This document shows positions 28,630 to 37,295 of a stretch of 64,000 nucleotides of DNA, one piece after another. Origin of the DNA: an uncultured Gemmatimonadota bacterium (GTDB taxonomy: Bacteria > JAAXHH01); the NCBI GenBank assembly GCA_951812955.1, contig OX638340.1, positions 992,001-1,056,000 on the forward strand, in the 5' to 3' direction. A program made the translations under genes and the position numbers. The notes under the pieces were generated by a model. The model ran no database searches. It had not been told where the DNA came from and saw only the letters and a list, made by a program, of their open reading frames with translations. Numbering within the stretch: position 1 is the stretch's first letter; every line of letters begins with the position of its first letter.

Positions 28630-29823
28630 CTAGATCTCAGCTTCCAGTTCGACCGGTTCGTCGTAATCCACGCCGTCTACTTCGAAGCCGAACAACTGCC
28701 GAAAACCCCGCTTGTACGCATCGTAATCGGTCAGGGCGCGGAAGTTCTCCGTCGTGATCGTCGGCCAGACCGTATCTATCTCCCGCTGTACGGACGCTTC
28801 GAGCTCCAGGTCATCGAGTCGGATCCGGTCCTCCCCGTCGACAGACGGCGTCCCGCCGGGTCCGACGTGATCGCTGAACAGCCGCACCATCTGCTGGATC
28901 GGATCCTCGTGCACGCCACGTTCCCGCATGATTCGGTAAAGCAGGCTGATGTACAAGGGAACGACCGGGATCGCGGCCGAGGCCTGGGTAATCACGGCCT
29001 TGTTCACCGACACCATGGCCCTACCGCCGACAGTGGACCGCAGCCGGCCTTCGATCGCCTTCGTAGTCCGCTCCAGATGCTCCTTCGCGCGGCCAATGGT
29101 TCCGCTCCGGTAAATGGGCCAGGTGAGGGCAGGGCCGATGTACGAGAATGGAACAATACGGGCGCCTTCAGCCAGCAACCCGGCTTCCAGCAGCGCTTCG
29201 CTCCACAGGCACAGATCGTCGCCGCCCATGACGCCCACCGTCCCTCGAATGCCTTCGTCCGTCGCCGGTTCCACGGTGACCTCGTTGATGACCTCGCGGT
29301 TCAGGTCGATGGTCTTTCCCACGTAGGTCTCCCCGATGGGGTTGAGAACGGATTGGTAAATCTCGCCGGTATCCGGGTCCGTGCGCTTCGGCGAGGCCAG
29401 GCTGTAAATGACCATGTCTACCTCGCCGAGTCGAGACGCGACGAGCTCAAGGGTCTTCCGTTTTATTTCGTGCGAATAGGCATCGCCATTGACATTGGCC
29501 GAGATCAGTCCGTTTTCCATCGCGTATCTGTGGTAAGCCGCGGTATTATAGAACCCCGGCGTACCGCTCTTCGCGCCGTTGCTTTCCCGTTCGAAGAAAA
29601 CGCCTACAGAGCCCGCGCCGTACATGGCGCCCGCCGCGATCCGCGCCGCCAGTCCGTATCCGGTCGACGCGCCGATCACCAGTACGCGGAGCGATCCGGC
29701 GCCGTCCTTTCGGGCGGCCTCGGCGACCTGGATCTGGGCATTGACGTTCGAAGCGCATCCCGCGGGATGCGCCGTGGTACAGATGAACCCGCGGATGCGC
29801 GGTTTGACGACGGCCTCGGCCAT
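28630..29823 (-). CDS. fabV: trans-2-enoyl-CoA/ACP reductase FabV. I use the internal ATG at 29823 (397 aa), preceded by GGAAGGAACC.
   Basis: MAEAVVKPRIRGFICTTAHPAGC... (FabV N-terminal signature), GASTGYGLAARIAA and the YxxxxxxxK region are present. Confidence 0.75.
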   Translation of the reverse strand: MAEAVVKPRIRGFICTTAHPAGCASNVNAQIQVAEAARKDGAGSLRVLVIGASTGYGLAARIAAGAMYGAGSVGVFFERESNGAKSGTPGFYNTAAYHRYAMENGLISANVNGDAYSHEIKRKTLELVASRLGEVDMVIYSLASPKRTDPDTGEIYQSVLNPIGETYVGKTIDLNREVINEVTVEPATDEGIRGTVGVMGGDDLCLWSEALLEAGLLAEGARIVPFSYIGPALTWPIYRSGTIGRAKEHLERTTKAIEGRLRSTVGGRAMVSVNKAVITQASAAIPVVPLYISLLYRIMRERGVHEDPIQQMVRLFSDHVGPGGTPSVDGEDRIRLDDLELEASVQREIDTVWPTITTENFRALTDYDAYKRGFRQLFGFEVDGVDYDEPVELEAEI

Positions 29824-29851
29824 GTGAACGGTTCCTTCCTGGTGTGAGCGT

Positions 29852-30697
29852 CTATTCGATGGGCACCGGCGTGGCGCGCCTGTGGTCGAATGACATGGCT
29901 TCCCGGTAACCACAGGACCCGGCCAGGTCCCGGACCTGGTCGAAATCCCTGCCGATGTCTTCCACGACGTGGGCATCGGAAGCCGTCGTGATGGAGATTC
30001 CGCGACGGGCACAGGCCTCCAGCAGGGGCCTTTCCGGATAGAGACGGCCAACGGGTTTCCGCAGGCCCGCCGAGCTGATCTCAACGCAGAGGCCCGCCTG
30101 GCCGCTCACCTGCTCGGCGAAACCTTCGTACAGGTCCGTGACATCGCCCTCGGCCATATGCCCCATCACCTTGATCAGATCCGGGTGGGACATGGAATCG
30201 AAGCATCCAGTCTGCACGGCCTGCCCCAGCAAACGGAAGTAATCCCGATAGACCTCGTCCACCGACCGCCGGTCCCACTCGTCCGCCATGGACGCCAGGT
30301 CGAATCCCCAGTCCCCGATCCAGTGGACGGAGCCCAGTACGAAATCCCAGGGGTAATCCTGGACGATTCGTTCGATTACCGGTTCCCGACCCTCGATGTA
30401 GTCCATCTCGATGCCGGTCTTGATGGGCAGCCCCTCACGCCGCGCCGACTGCAGCAGGTCCAAGTATTCGTCCATATCATAGAAACACTTTTCGTCGGAC
30501 CACGGCCTGTCGACGATTTCCTTCGCCTGCGTAAAGTGGTAAACATGCTCCGTTATGACGATTTCCTCTACTCCTCGAGCCGCTGCAGAGGCCGCGAACA
30601 GGCGCATGGTCTCCATCGGATCGGTACCCTCCGGCCGGGTATCTGGCGTTCGGCCGAATGGGTAGTAGTTCTCCACGTGCATGTGGTAATCGAGCAC
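29852..30697 (-). CDS. PHP-domain phosphoesterase, histidinol-phosphatase (HisK) family
   Basis: MLDYHMHVENYY... and ITEHVYHF show the PHP metal-binding His motifs. The length is 281 aa. Confidence 0.6.
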   Translation of the reverse strand: MLDYHMHVENYYPFGRTPDTRPEGTDPMETMRLFAASAAARGVEEIVITEHVYHFTQAKEIVDRPWSDEKCFYDMDEYLDLLQSARREGLPIKTGIEMDYIEGREPVIERIVQDYPWDFVLGSVHWIGDWGFDLASMADEWDRRSVDEVYRDYFRLLGQAVQTGCFDSMSHPDLIKVMGHMAEGDVTDLYEGFAEQVSGQAGLCVEISSAGLRKPVGRLYPERPLLEACARRGISITTASDAHVVEDIGRDFDQVRDLAGSCGYREAMSFDHRRATPVPIE

Positions 30698-30809
30698 GAT
30701 AGTCCTCGGGGTGCAACTGGAATCGCCTGTGTGGATGCCATCAGCGGTTGCTGGTTATGATATGCAGTAACCGCCGCTAAATCAAACCAATTCTGGGTAC
30801 GGCGTAACG

Positions 30810-30838
30810 CTTGACAGGGCACGGTCGGTCTTCTAATT
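30810..30838 (+). promoter_or_regulatory. Possible sigma70-type promoter for trmB (TTGACA-N17-TAATTT)
   Basis: TTGACA at 30810-30815 is a consensus -35. The -10 is weak. It lies ~20 nt upstream of the trmB start. Confidence 0.25.
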
Positions 30839-30857
30839 TGCCCAGTGAATTGTCCAG

Positions 30858-31532
30858 GTGCCCACGCCCGACTTCCATCGACCAGCCAGGGACCAGATGA
30901 CGCTTCCCTCCGAACCGCGCCCAGCCCCGGCCATCGCCGGCGACGTGGAATTCCGCATTCGCGAGAACGAGGAGCAGGCCCGGTGGGACCGGTTGTTCCG
31001 CAATGGCAAGCCGGTGGAAATCGAGATCGGTTGCGGCAAGGGCCGCTTCCTCATCAATTCCGCCATCGTCAATCCGGACATCAACTACATCGGCATCGAG
31101 CGAGCCCTGCGGTATTTTCGCATGATGAAGGAACGGGTGGTCCGGCGGGAACTGGCCAACGTCCGCCTGCTGCGGGATGACGCCGTGTATTTCGTGGAGA
31201 GATTCATACCCGATGAAGCGGTATCGGCCTACCACGTCTACTTTCCGGATCCGTGGCCGAAGAAACGGCACCGGAAACGCCGACTGTTCAACCCCGGGTT
31301 TCTGGATGAGGTCGTACGCACGCTGCCCATGGGCGGCACCCTCGATTTCGCCACGGACTACGTAGAATACTACGAGGAGATTCGGGTACTGCTCGACATG
31401 TCGGACCGTTTGGTGCGCCTGGCGGAGATTCCCGAGCGCGTCAGGGAACTGGGCAGCGATCTGACCAATTTCGAGACGAAGTACGCCGCGGAGGGCCGGG
31501 CTATACACCGCGGCGCATACGTAAAGTCCTGA
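30858..31532 (+). CDS. trmB: tRNA (guanine46-N7)-methyltransferase
   Basis: VEIEIGCGKGRFL (SAM motif I) and ...VYFPDPWPKKRHRKRRL (the TrmB signature). Confidence 0.8.
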   Translation: MPTPDFHRPARDQMTLPSEPRPAPAIAGDVEFRIRENEEQARWDRLFRNGKPVEIEIGCGKGRFLINSAIVNPDINYIGIERALRYFRMMKERVVRRELANVRLLRDDAVYFVERFIPDEAVSAYHVYFPDPWPKKRHRKRRLFNPGFLDEVVRTLPMGGTLDFATDYVEYYEEIRVLLDMSDRLVRLAEIPERVRELGSDLTNFETKYAAEGRAIHRGAYVKS

Positions 31533-31601
31533 CCGGAACGCTCGACCCACTCCCAAATTGCCGGTCTTCATCAGACCCGGACCAACAGAGAGGAACATTA
31601 C

Positions 31602-32060
31602 ATGCTTCAGGCAGGCGATCCAGCACCCGATTTCACGATGGAGGCGGACAAGGGCGGAAGCGTTTCGCTCGCGGATTTAAGGGGAAAAACGGTAGTCCTG
31701 TACTTCTATCCGAAGGACGACACGCCCGGATGCACCCGGGAGTCCTGTGCCTTCAGAGACCACTACTCCACGTTTCAGAATCAGGATGTCCTGATCTACG
31801 GCGTCAGTTGCGACAGCATCCCTTCCCACGAGAAATTCAGCGCGAAATTCGACCTGCCTTTCCCGCTGCTGAGCGACCCGGACACCTCCGTCTCCACGGC
31901 TTACGGCGTGTACAAGGAAAAGACGAACTACGGCCGGAAGTACATGGGGATCGAGCGGTCGACCTTCGTCATCGACGGGGAAGGCCGTATTTGCAGGATC
32001 TACCGCAACGTGAAGGTGGACGGCCACGTGGAGAAGGTGCTCGACGAAGTGTCCGGCTGA
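31602..32060 (+). CDS. bcp: Thiol peroxidase Bcp (peroxiredoxin Q family)
   Basis: GDPAPDFTMEADKGGSVSLADLRGKTVVLYFYPKDDTPGCTRESCAFRD. This shows the peroxidatic Cys in the TPGC context and the resolving Cys five residues later. Confidence 0.8.
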   Translation: MLQAGDPAPDFTMEADKGGSVSLADLRGKTVVLYFYPKDDTPGCTRESCAFRDHYSTFQNQDVLIYGVSCDSIPSHEKFSAKFDLPFPLLSDPDTSVSTAYGVYKEKTNYGRKYMGIERSTFVIDGEGRICRIYRNVKVDGHVEKVLDEVSG

Positions 32061-32094
32061 AGCGCGCACGGCCCGGCGATCCGTCGCCCGACTG

Positions 32095-32961
32095 TTAGAG
32101 CATGAACCGTTTCAGGTGGGCCCGCGCGCGGACGAAACCCTCCTCTTCCAGATCCCACGAGCTATAATACCGGCCGTCCTCATGCTCGATGCTGAGTATG
32201 CCGTCGTACCCGAAATCCTCGAGCCGTTTCATGATTTGCGCCCAGTCGGCCAGGCCCTCGCCGGGTATACAATACCGCCAGTAGCCTTCGCCGAAAGCGA
32301 CCCGTGATTCGAAGGAAGGTTTGATTCTACCGTAAAGATAGAGCGCTTCCTCGTCGAACATGGTGTCCTTGGCGTGGACATGGTGTGCCCGGTGGCCGAA
32401 TTCATTCAGGAAGCGCATCGGGTCCACACCCAGCCTGATCAGGTGCGAGGGATCGTAGTTGATCCCGAAGGCGGGCGATGGGCAGGCCTCGAACATGGCA
32501 CGCAGCATCTCGGGCGTCGCGCCGATCCGCTCATGGTGGGTAGATCCACCGGGCCAGCCCTCTAAGGCGATGGTCGCCCCTCTGGATTCGGCAAAATCCG
32601 CGATATCGGGCATGGTGCGCTTCCACTGTTCGAAAGTCGCATCGCGTCCCTGGGCGGGGTCCCCGGGTGCCGGCGCCACATAGAACATATTGGTCACGCC
32701 ATGGTCCACCGCGCGCTGTATGGAATCCCTGGACTCGCCCAGCGCATGTTCCCGCTGTCCGGCGTCTTCACTCAACAGTTCCGTGCCGGCGACCAGGTCT
32801 ACCTGGCCGATGGCCACGCCGTGTGTTTCGGCGGTCCGGACCTTGTCCCCGTCGATCCGGGAAATGTCGATCGTATCGAACCCCTTTTCGGCCATCCACG
32901 CGCAGACCGACTCAAATGGCATTTCGTTCAATCGGCCCGTAGTGCGAATCCCCACTCTCAT
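32095..32961 (-). CDS. Sugar phosphate isomerase/epimerase (xylose isomerase-like TIM barrel)
   Basis: 288 aa with the metal-binding pattern typical of the AP endonuclease 2 / xylose isomerase-like TIM family. Confidence 0.6.
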   Translation of the reverse strand: MRVGIRTTGRLNEMPFESVCAWMAEKGFDTIDISRIDGDKVRTAETHGVAIGQVDLVAGTELLSEDAGQREHALGESRDSIQRAVDHGVTNMFYVAPAPGDPAQGRDATFEQWKRTMPDIADFAESRGATIALEGWPGGSTHHERIGATPEMLRAMFEACPSPAFGINYDPSHLIRLGVDPMRFLNEFGHRAHHVHAKDTMFDEEALYLYGRIKPSFESRVAFGEGYWRYCIPGEGLADWAQIMKRLEDFGYDGILSIEHEDGRYYSSWDLEEEGFVRARAHLKRFML

Positions 32962-32993
32962 CGTGACTCTCCTTCAGATTTGAAAAAACGTCG

Positions 32994-33021
32994 TTGACAC
33001 AGTCGCCGGTCAATGTATATG
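32994..33021 (+). promoter_or_regulatory. Putative sigma70 promoter for bioY (TTGACA-N16-TATATG). It overlaps a short inverted repeat TTGAC-N10-GTCAA.
   Basis: A consensus -35 hexamer is preceded by an A-tract. It lies ~85 nt upstream of the bioY ATG. Confidence 0.3.
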
Positions 33022-33104
33022 AACCTGCATGGGGTCGCAAGGCAAAGCAGCCCTTTGAAACCGCAGACCATATGTGATTCGACTGGGACTGCAGAAAGGA
33101 CAAT

Positions 33105-33656
33105 TTGACCAGGAACACGCGACTGGCCACGGCCTCCCTGATGGCGGCGCTGACCGCGGTGAGCGCCTACGTAATCCTGCCCATTGGCCCGGTGCCGATC
33201 ACCATGCAGACCTGCTTCGTCCTGCTCTCCGGCGCGGTGCTCGGCAGCCGCTGGGGCGCCGGAAGCCAGATCGTCTACGTTTGTCTCGGCCTGGCGGGCA
33301 TCCCGGTATTCGCCGGCGGCATGAGCGGCCCCGGAGTCGTGATTTCGCCGACTTTCGGCTACATCGCAGGATTCGTGCTGGCCGCGTTTCTGACCGGAAA
33401 ATACCTGGAGCGTTTTTCCAGGAACAGCGTAACGCATCTCGCCGCGGGCATGCTGATCGGGCAGGCGGCCATCTGGGGATGCGGCCTGTTGTACCTCCAT
33501 GCCTATTTCAATCTGTACGCGGGCGTGGAGACCTCGTGGCGCGGCGCCATTGCCATGGGACTGCTTCCCTTCATCCCCTTCGACCTGGTCAAGCTCGTAC
33601 TCGCGTTGTCCGTCAGCCGCACGTTGTCCAGGTATACGCCTTGGGAAACTGCATGA
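33105..33656 (+). CDS. bioY: Biotin transporter BioY (ECF-type S component). There is no adjacent bioMN.
   Basis: 183 aa with 5-6 TM helices. ...YVILPIGPVPITMQTCFVLLSGAVLG... is a typical BioY core. Confidence 0.75.
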   Translation: MTRNTRLATASLMAALTAVSAYVILPIGPVPITMQTCFVLLSGAVLGSRWGAGSQIVYVCLGLAGIPVFAGGMSGPGVVISPTFGYIAGFVLAAFLTGKYLERFSRNSVTHLAAGMLIGQAAIWGCGLLYLHAYFNLYAGVETSWRGAIAMGLLPFIPFDLVKLVLALSVSRTLSRYTPWETA

Positions 33657-33779
33657 GGTCTTGAGACCGGCGACCGCTCCCCTGCGCGAAGCGGCGGCAG
33701 ACACCTCGCTGTTGACACGACAACGGCGGATCAGTATAGTCTTTACCTTCCGGGATCGCGCGACAGCGCCGGTCCCATC

Positions 33780-35534
33780 ATGTACACAACATCTTCAGGT
33801 AATCCCATGAAGGAATGGACACGATCGATCCGGGTTGCGTGTTCGCGCTTTCCGGCCTTATCCGCGCGCGGCCGTATAGCCGCCGTCTCGACATGTCTGC
33901 TCGGGTTCCTGCTCGGATTCCTGCCGGCCGGTACGCTGACCGGCGCCGTCCCAGTGGTCAATTCCATTGGAAAACCGATGCCGCCGGACGCGGCGCCCCT
34001 GGACCAGCAGGTGTTCCGCTACACGCTGGTCGAGCCTCTGACCTTCGACGTCAGTATCAACATTTACGAGGGCCAGGGAGCGCTTACGCTGTTCGAGCGC
34101 CTGGTCATGCTCGACAAGAACCTGGAGCTGGTCGGCGCGGCGGCTTCCTCGTGGGAGCAGTCGGCGGACGGGCTTCGCTGGACGTTCAAACTCCGTCCCG
34201 ATGGGAGATGGAGTGATGGACGCAGGGTCACGGCACACGACTACGAATACACCTACAAGCGGTTCCTCGATCCGGCCGTGGCAAGTCCCTACGCCTTCTT
34301 CTACTACGAAATCAAGGGCGCCCGCCCGTTCAACCAGGGCAGTGTTACCGATCCATCAACCGTGGGCGTGCGTGCCCTGGACGACCTCACGCTGGAGATC
34401 GAAACGGAGAAGCCCTGTCCCTATCTGCCCTTTATTGTGGCTTTCACCGGATCGGGACCGGTACCCCGGTGGCAGGTGGAAAAACACGGGGTACTTTGGA
34501 GCGAAGCCGGGAACCTGGTTTCCAATGCGAGCTACACCCTATCTGAATGGCAAAAGGGCAGGCAGGCCACGCTGACCCTCAATCCCTACTATACCGGTCC
34601 CCATAAGGGGTATCTCGAGAAAATCGTCCAGATATTCACCACGGGACACCCGGGTACCCCGCCGTACGAGAACGACGAAATCGACTATCTCAGGGTCCTG
34701 TTGACCGACCTGCCGTTTATTGAGAACCATCCAACCCTGAAATCCGAGCTTGTATACTACGCCTTTCCGGAAACGTGGTATCTTTTTTTCAAGACCCGCG
34801 AGCCGCCATTCGACGATGTACGGGTGCGGCGGGCGATCAGCCACGCCATCGACCGCGAGGCCTTGTGCACCGTCGTGCTGCGAAATACGGGCGTACCCGC
34901 ATACTCCATGTTGCCTCCCAGATTCCCAGGCAGCGCGGATTCGTCCATACAGGCAATCCAGGCTTACGACACCGAACGCGCCAAGGCCCTGCTTGCCGAA
35001 GCGGGCTATCCCGATGGAAAGGGGTTTCCGGTCATCGATTTCTGGATAGGCAAGACCAATCCCCAGATCAGTTACACCGCCCAGGCCGTGCAGGCGATGC
35101 TTGGAAATACCCTGGGGATGCGTATGCGGATGAGAGGTTCGGAGGACAAGGTGTACCGGGACAACATGTACAAGTGGAACATCCCCATGGGGCTTGGAGG
35201 ATTCAATGCGGACTATCCCGATCCGAACAACCTGCTCGGTATGGTATGGCGTTCGCAGCCGAGGGGATTCGGGCGGCAGGACTGGCGTAACGAGGGTTTC
35301 GACCAGCTGATCGACGCGGCGGCGGACGAGTTGGATCACAACAAGCGCATGAGCATGTACCAGGAAGCGGAACGGATCCTGGCGGAAGACGCCGGCGGCG
35401 CATTTCTGTACCATAACATGACGGTGGATCTGCGCAAACCCTATCTCAAAGGGCTCGAAGTCAACAAGTTCGGATACACGATGTTCTCCTGGATCGGCAT
35501 CATGCATACGAAAATGTACATCGCCCGGCATTAG
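33780..35534 (+). CDS. Extracytoplasmic solute-binding protein, family 5 (peptide/nickel/opine type; OppA/DppA/MppA-like). No cognate permease or ATPase genes are adjacent.
   Basis: 584 aa. An N-terminal hydrophobic anchor is followed by the family-5 SBP fold (...YAFFYYEIKGARPFNQG..., ...VIDFWIGKTNPQ...). Confidence 0.7.
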   Translation: MYTTSSGNPMKEWTRSIRVACSRFPALSARGRIAAVSTCLLGFLLGFLPAGTLTGAVPVVNSIGKPMPPDAAPLDQQVFRYTLVEPLTFDVSINIYEGQGALTLFERLVMLDKNLELVGAAASSWEQSADGLRWTFKLRPDGRWSDGRRVTAHDYEYTYKRFLDPAVASPYAFFYYEIKGARPFNQGSVTDPSTVGVRALDDLTLEIETEKPCPYLPFIVAFTGSGPVPRWQVEKHGVLWSEAGNLVSNASYTLSEWQKGRQATLTLNPYYTGPHKGYLEKIVQIFTTGHPGTPPYENDEIDYLRVLLTDLPFIENHPTLKSELVYYAFPETWYLFFKTREPPFDDVRVRRAISHAIDREALCTVVLRNTGVPAYSMLPPRFPGSADSSIQAIQAYDTERAKALLAEAGYPDGKGFPVIDFWIGKTNPQISYTAQAVQAMLGNTLGMRMRMRGSEDKVYRDNMYKWNIPMGLGGFNADYPDPNNLLGMVWRSQPRGFGRQDWRNEGFDQLIDAAADELDHNKRMSMYQEAERILAEDAGGAFLYHNMTVDLRKPYLKGLEVNKFGYTMFSWIGIMHTKMYIARH

Positions 35535-35569
35535 AATCGATTACCCGGAAGGAGCGCACGGAACTTGAT

Positions 35570-36436
35570 ATGCTCGGAAGGAGTGAACGGACCTTGAACG
35601 TGGAAGGGATCGTTACCGAAGACATCGTACGACAATACCGGGAAGACGGCGCGGTGTGCATCAGAAAGGCCTTCGATCCGCACTGGGTGTCCGTCGTGGA
35701 AGCCGGCGTGTCACGCAACGTGGCAGAGCCCAGCGACTATGCGGGCGTTCTGAAAGCGGGCGAGGAAGACAGGGGCGGGTTCTTCGACGACTACTGCAAC
35801 TGGCAGCGGATTCCCGAATACGGCGACTTCGTGTACGCGTCACCCGCGGGGGCCATGACGGCGCAGCTGATGGCATCGGGGAGCTCAGTATTCTATCACG
35901 AGCATCTGCTGATCAAGTGGCCCGGCACGCTCAAGCGGACGCCCTGGCACCACGACCAGCCCTATTACCCGGTGAACGGCCGGCAGAACGTATCCCTCTG
36001 GATGCCACTGGACCCGGTTTCGAAAGCGTCCTGCGTACAGTTCATCAGGGGTTCCCACAACTGGGACCGCTGGTTCGTCCCCCGCAAGTTCGCCAGCGAG
36101 ACCAATTACGCCCTCGCGGACGCCTCGGCGAAGCCGATGCTCGGTGACCGGCCCTTCGAGGACGTGCCGCCCATCGACGAACACCTGGAAGACTACGATA
36201 TCCTCGCGTGGGACATGGAACCCGGCGACGTCATCGCCTTTCACATGTGCACGCTGCACGGCGCGGCCGGCAACCAGTCCCTCTCCGATGCGCGGCGCGT
36301 CCTGGCCACGCGCTGGCTCGGTGACGACACCCGGTTTACCGACAGGCCCTGGGAGATTTCTCCTAAGGTGACGGGAGGTCTGGCCCCGGGAGATCCCATG
36401 GCCTGCGACCAGTTCCCGCTGGTCTGGTCAGCATAA
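35570..36436 (+). CDS. Phytanoyl-CoA dioxygenase (PhyH) family Fe(II)/2-oxoglutarate-dependent oxygenase
   Basis: WHHDQPYYP contains the HxD ligand pair. A distal His lies in AFHMCTLHGAAGN. The length is 288 aa. Confidence 0.65.
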   Translation: MLGRSERTLNVEGIVTEDIVRQYREDGAVCIRKAFDPHWVSVVEAGVSRNVAEPSDYAGVLKAGEEDRGGFFDDYCNWQRIPEYGDFVYASPAGAMTAQLMASGSSVFYHEHLLIKWPGTLKRTPWHHDQPYYPVNGRQNVSLWMPLDPVSKASCVQFIRGSHNWDRWFVPRKFASETNYALADASAKPMLGDRPFEDVPPIDEHLEDYDILAWDMEPGDVIAFHMCTLHGAAGNQSLSDARRVLATRWLGDDTRFTDRPWEISPKVTGGLAPGDPMACDQFPLVWSA

Positions 36437-36449
36437 AGAAGGAACCCAC

Positions 36450-37283
36450 ATGAACCATCAGTTAACGACCGAGCAGATCGCGTCTTACAGGGAAAACGGC
36501 TTTCTGATCATAGAGGATTTCCTGAATGAATCCGAACTGGAGACCTGGCGGTCGGCAGTGGAGGAAGCGGTGGCGTTGCGGGACGAGAACCGGCTGCCGG
36601 AGGGATCCTACCACCTGGACAGGAAGGTAACGGCGGGGGATGAAGCCGTATTCCGGCAGCGGATCAACCTGTGGATGGATCATGCCGGCGTTCGCACGCT
36701 GATGCTGGACAGTAGGCTGGGCAGAATGGCGGCCGACCTGGAAGGCGTCGAAGGAATACGGATCTGGCACGACCAGGCCCTGATCAAGCTGCCGTGGGCG
36801 AATCCCACCACCTGGCATCAGGACAATACCAAGTGGTCCTTCGTGTCAGACCACTCCATCACGATCTGGGTCGCCCTCGACGAGGTAACCATCCAGAACG
36901 GCTGCATGTTTTTCATGCCCGGTTCCCAAAAGAAACGGCGCGACGATTACCCGGCGGCGGGGAATCACGTGGGCGCCATGTTCGAAGCTTATCCCGATCT
37001 CGGCGCGATGGAACCCGTGCCCGTCGTCATGCCGGCGGGGGGCTGTTCCTTTCACAACGGACTGATCGTGCACGCCGCCAATGCAAATATGACGCCCTAT
37101 CCGCGAAGGGCCTTTACCTGCGCCTACATGCCCGACCACAGCCGTTTCAACGGCATACCCAATGTCCTTCCCAAGCGGATCCTGAATACCATTCAAATTG
37201 GCGATCCGCTTGAAGATGGAGACCAGAACCCGCTGATCCACACCTACGACCCGAAACGCGAAGGCCTCACCGGCCCCGTGTGA
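36450..37283 (+). CDS. Second PhyH-family Fe(II)/2OG oxygenase, a paralogue of the preceding gene
   Basis: WHQDNTKW (HxD) and FHNGLIVHAANAN (distal His). The start lies 14 nt after the previous stop. Confidence 0.65.
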   Translation: MNHQLTTEQIASYRENGFLIIEDFLNESELETWRSAVEEAVALRDENRLPEGSYHLDRKVTAGDEAVFRQRINLWMDHAGVRTLMLDSRLGRMAADLEGVEGIRIWHDQALIKLPWANPTTWHQDNTKWSFVSDHSITIWVALDEVTIQNGCMFFMPGSQKKRRDDYPAAGNHVGAMFEAYPDLGAMEPVPVVMPAGGCSFHNGLIVHAANANMTPYPRRAFTCAYMPDHSRFNGIPNVLPKRILNTIQIGDPLEDGDQNPLIHTYDPKREGLTGPV

Positions 37284-37295
37284 GGAGGTACATCG

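Noticed and set aside
32061-32094. Possible bidirectional terminator between the convergent bcp and sugar-isomerase genes
   Set aside because: Only a 5-bp GC stem (GGCGA-tccg-TCGCC) without a U-tract. It is too weak to call.
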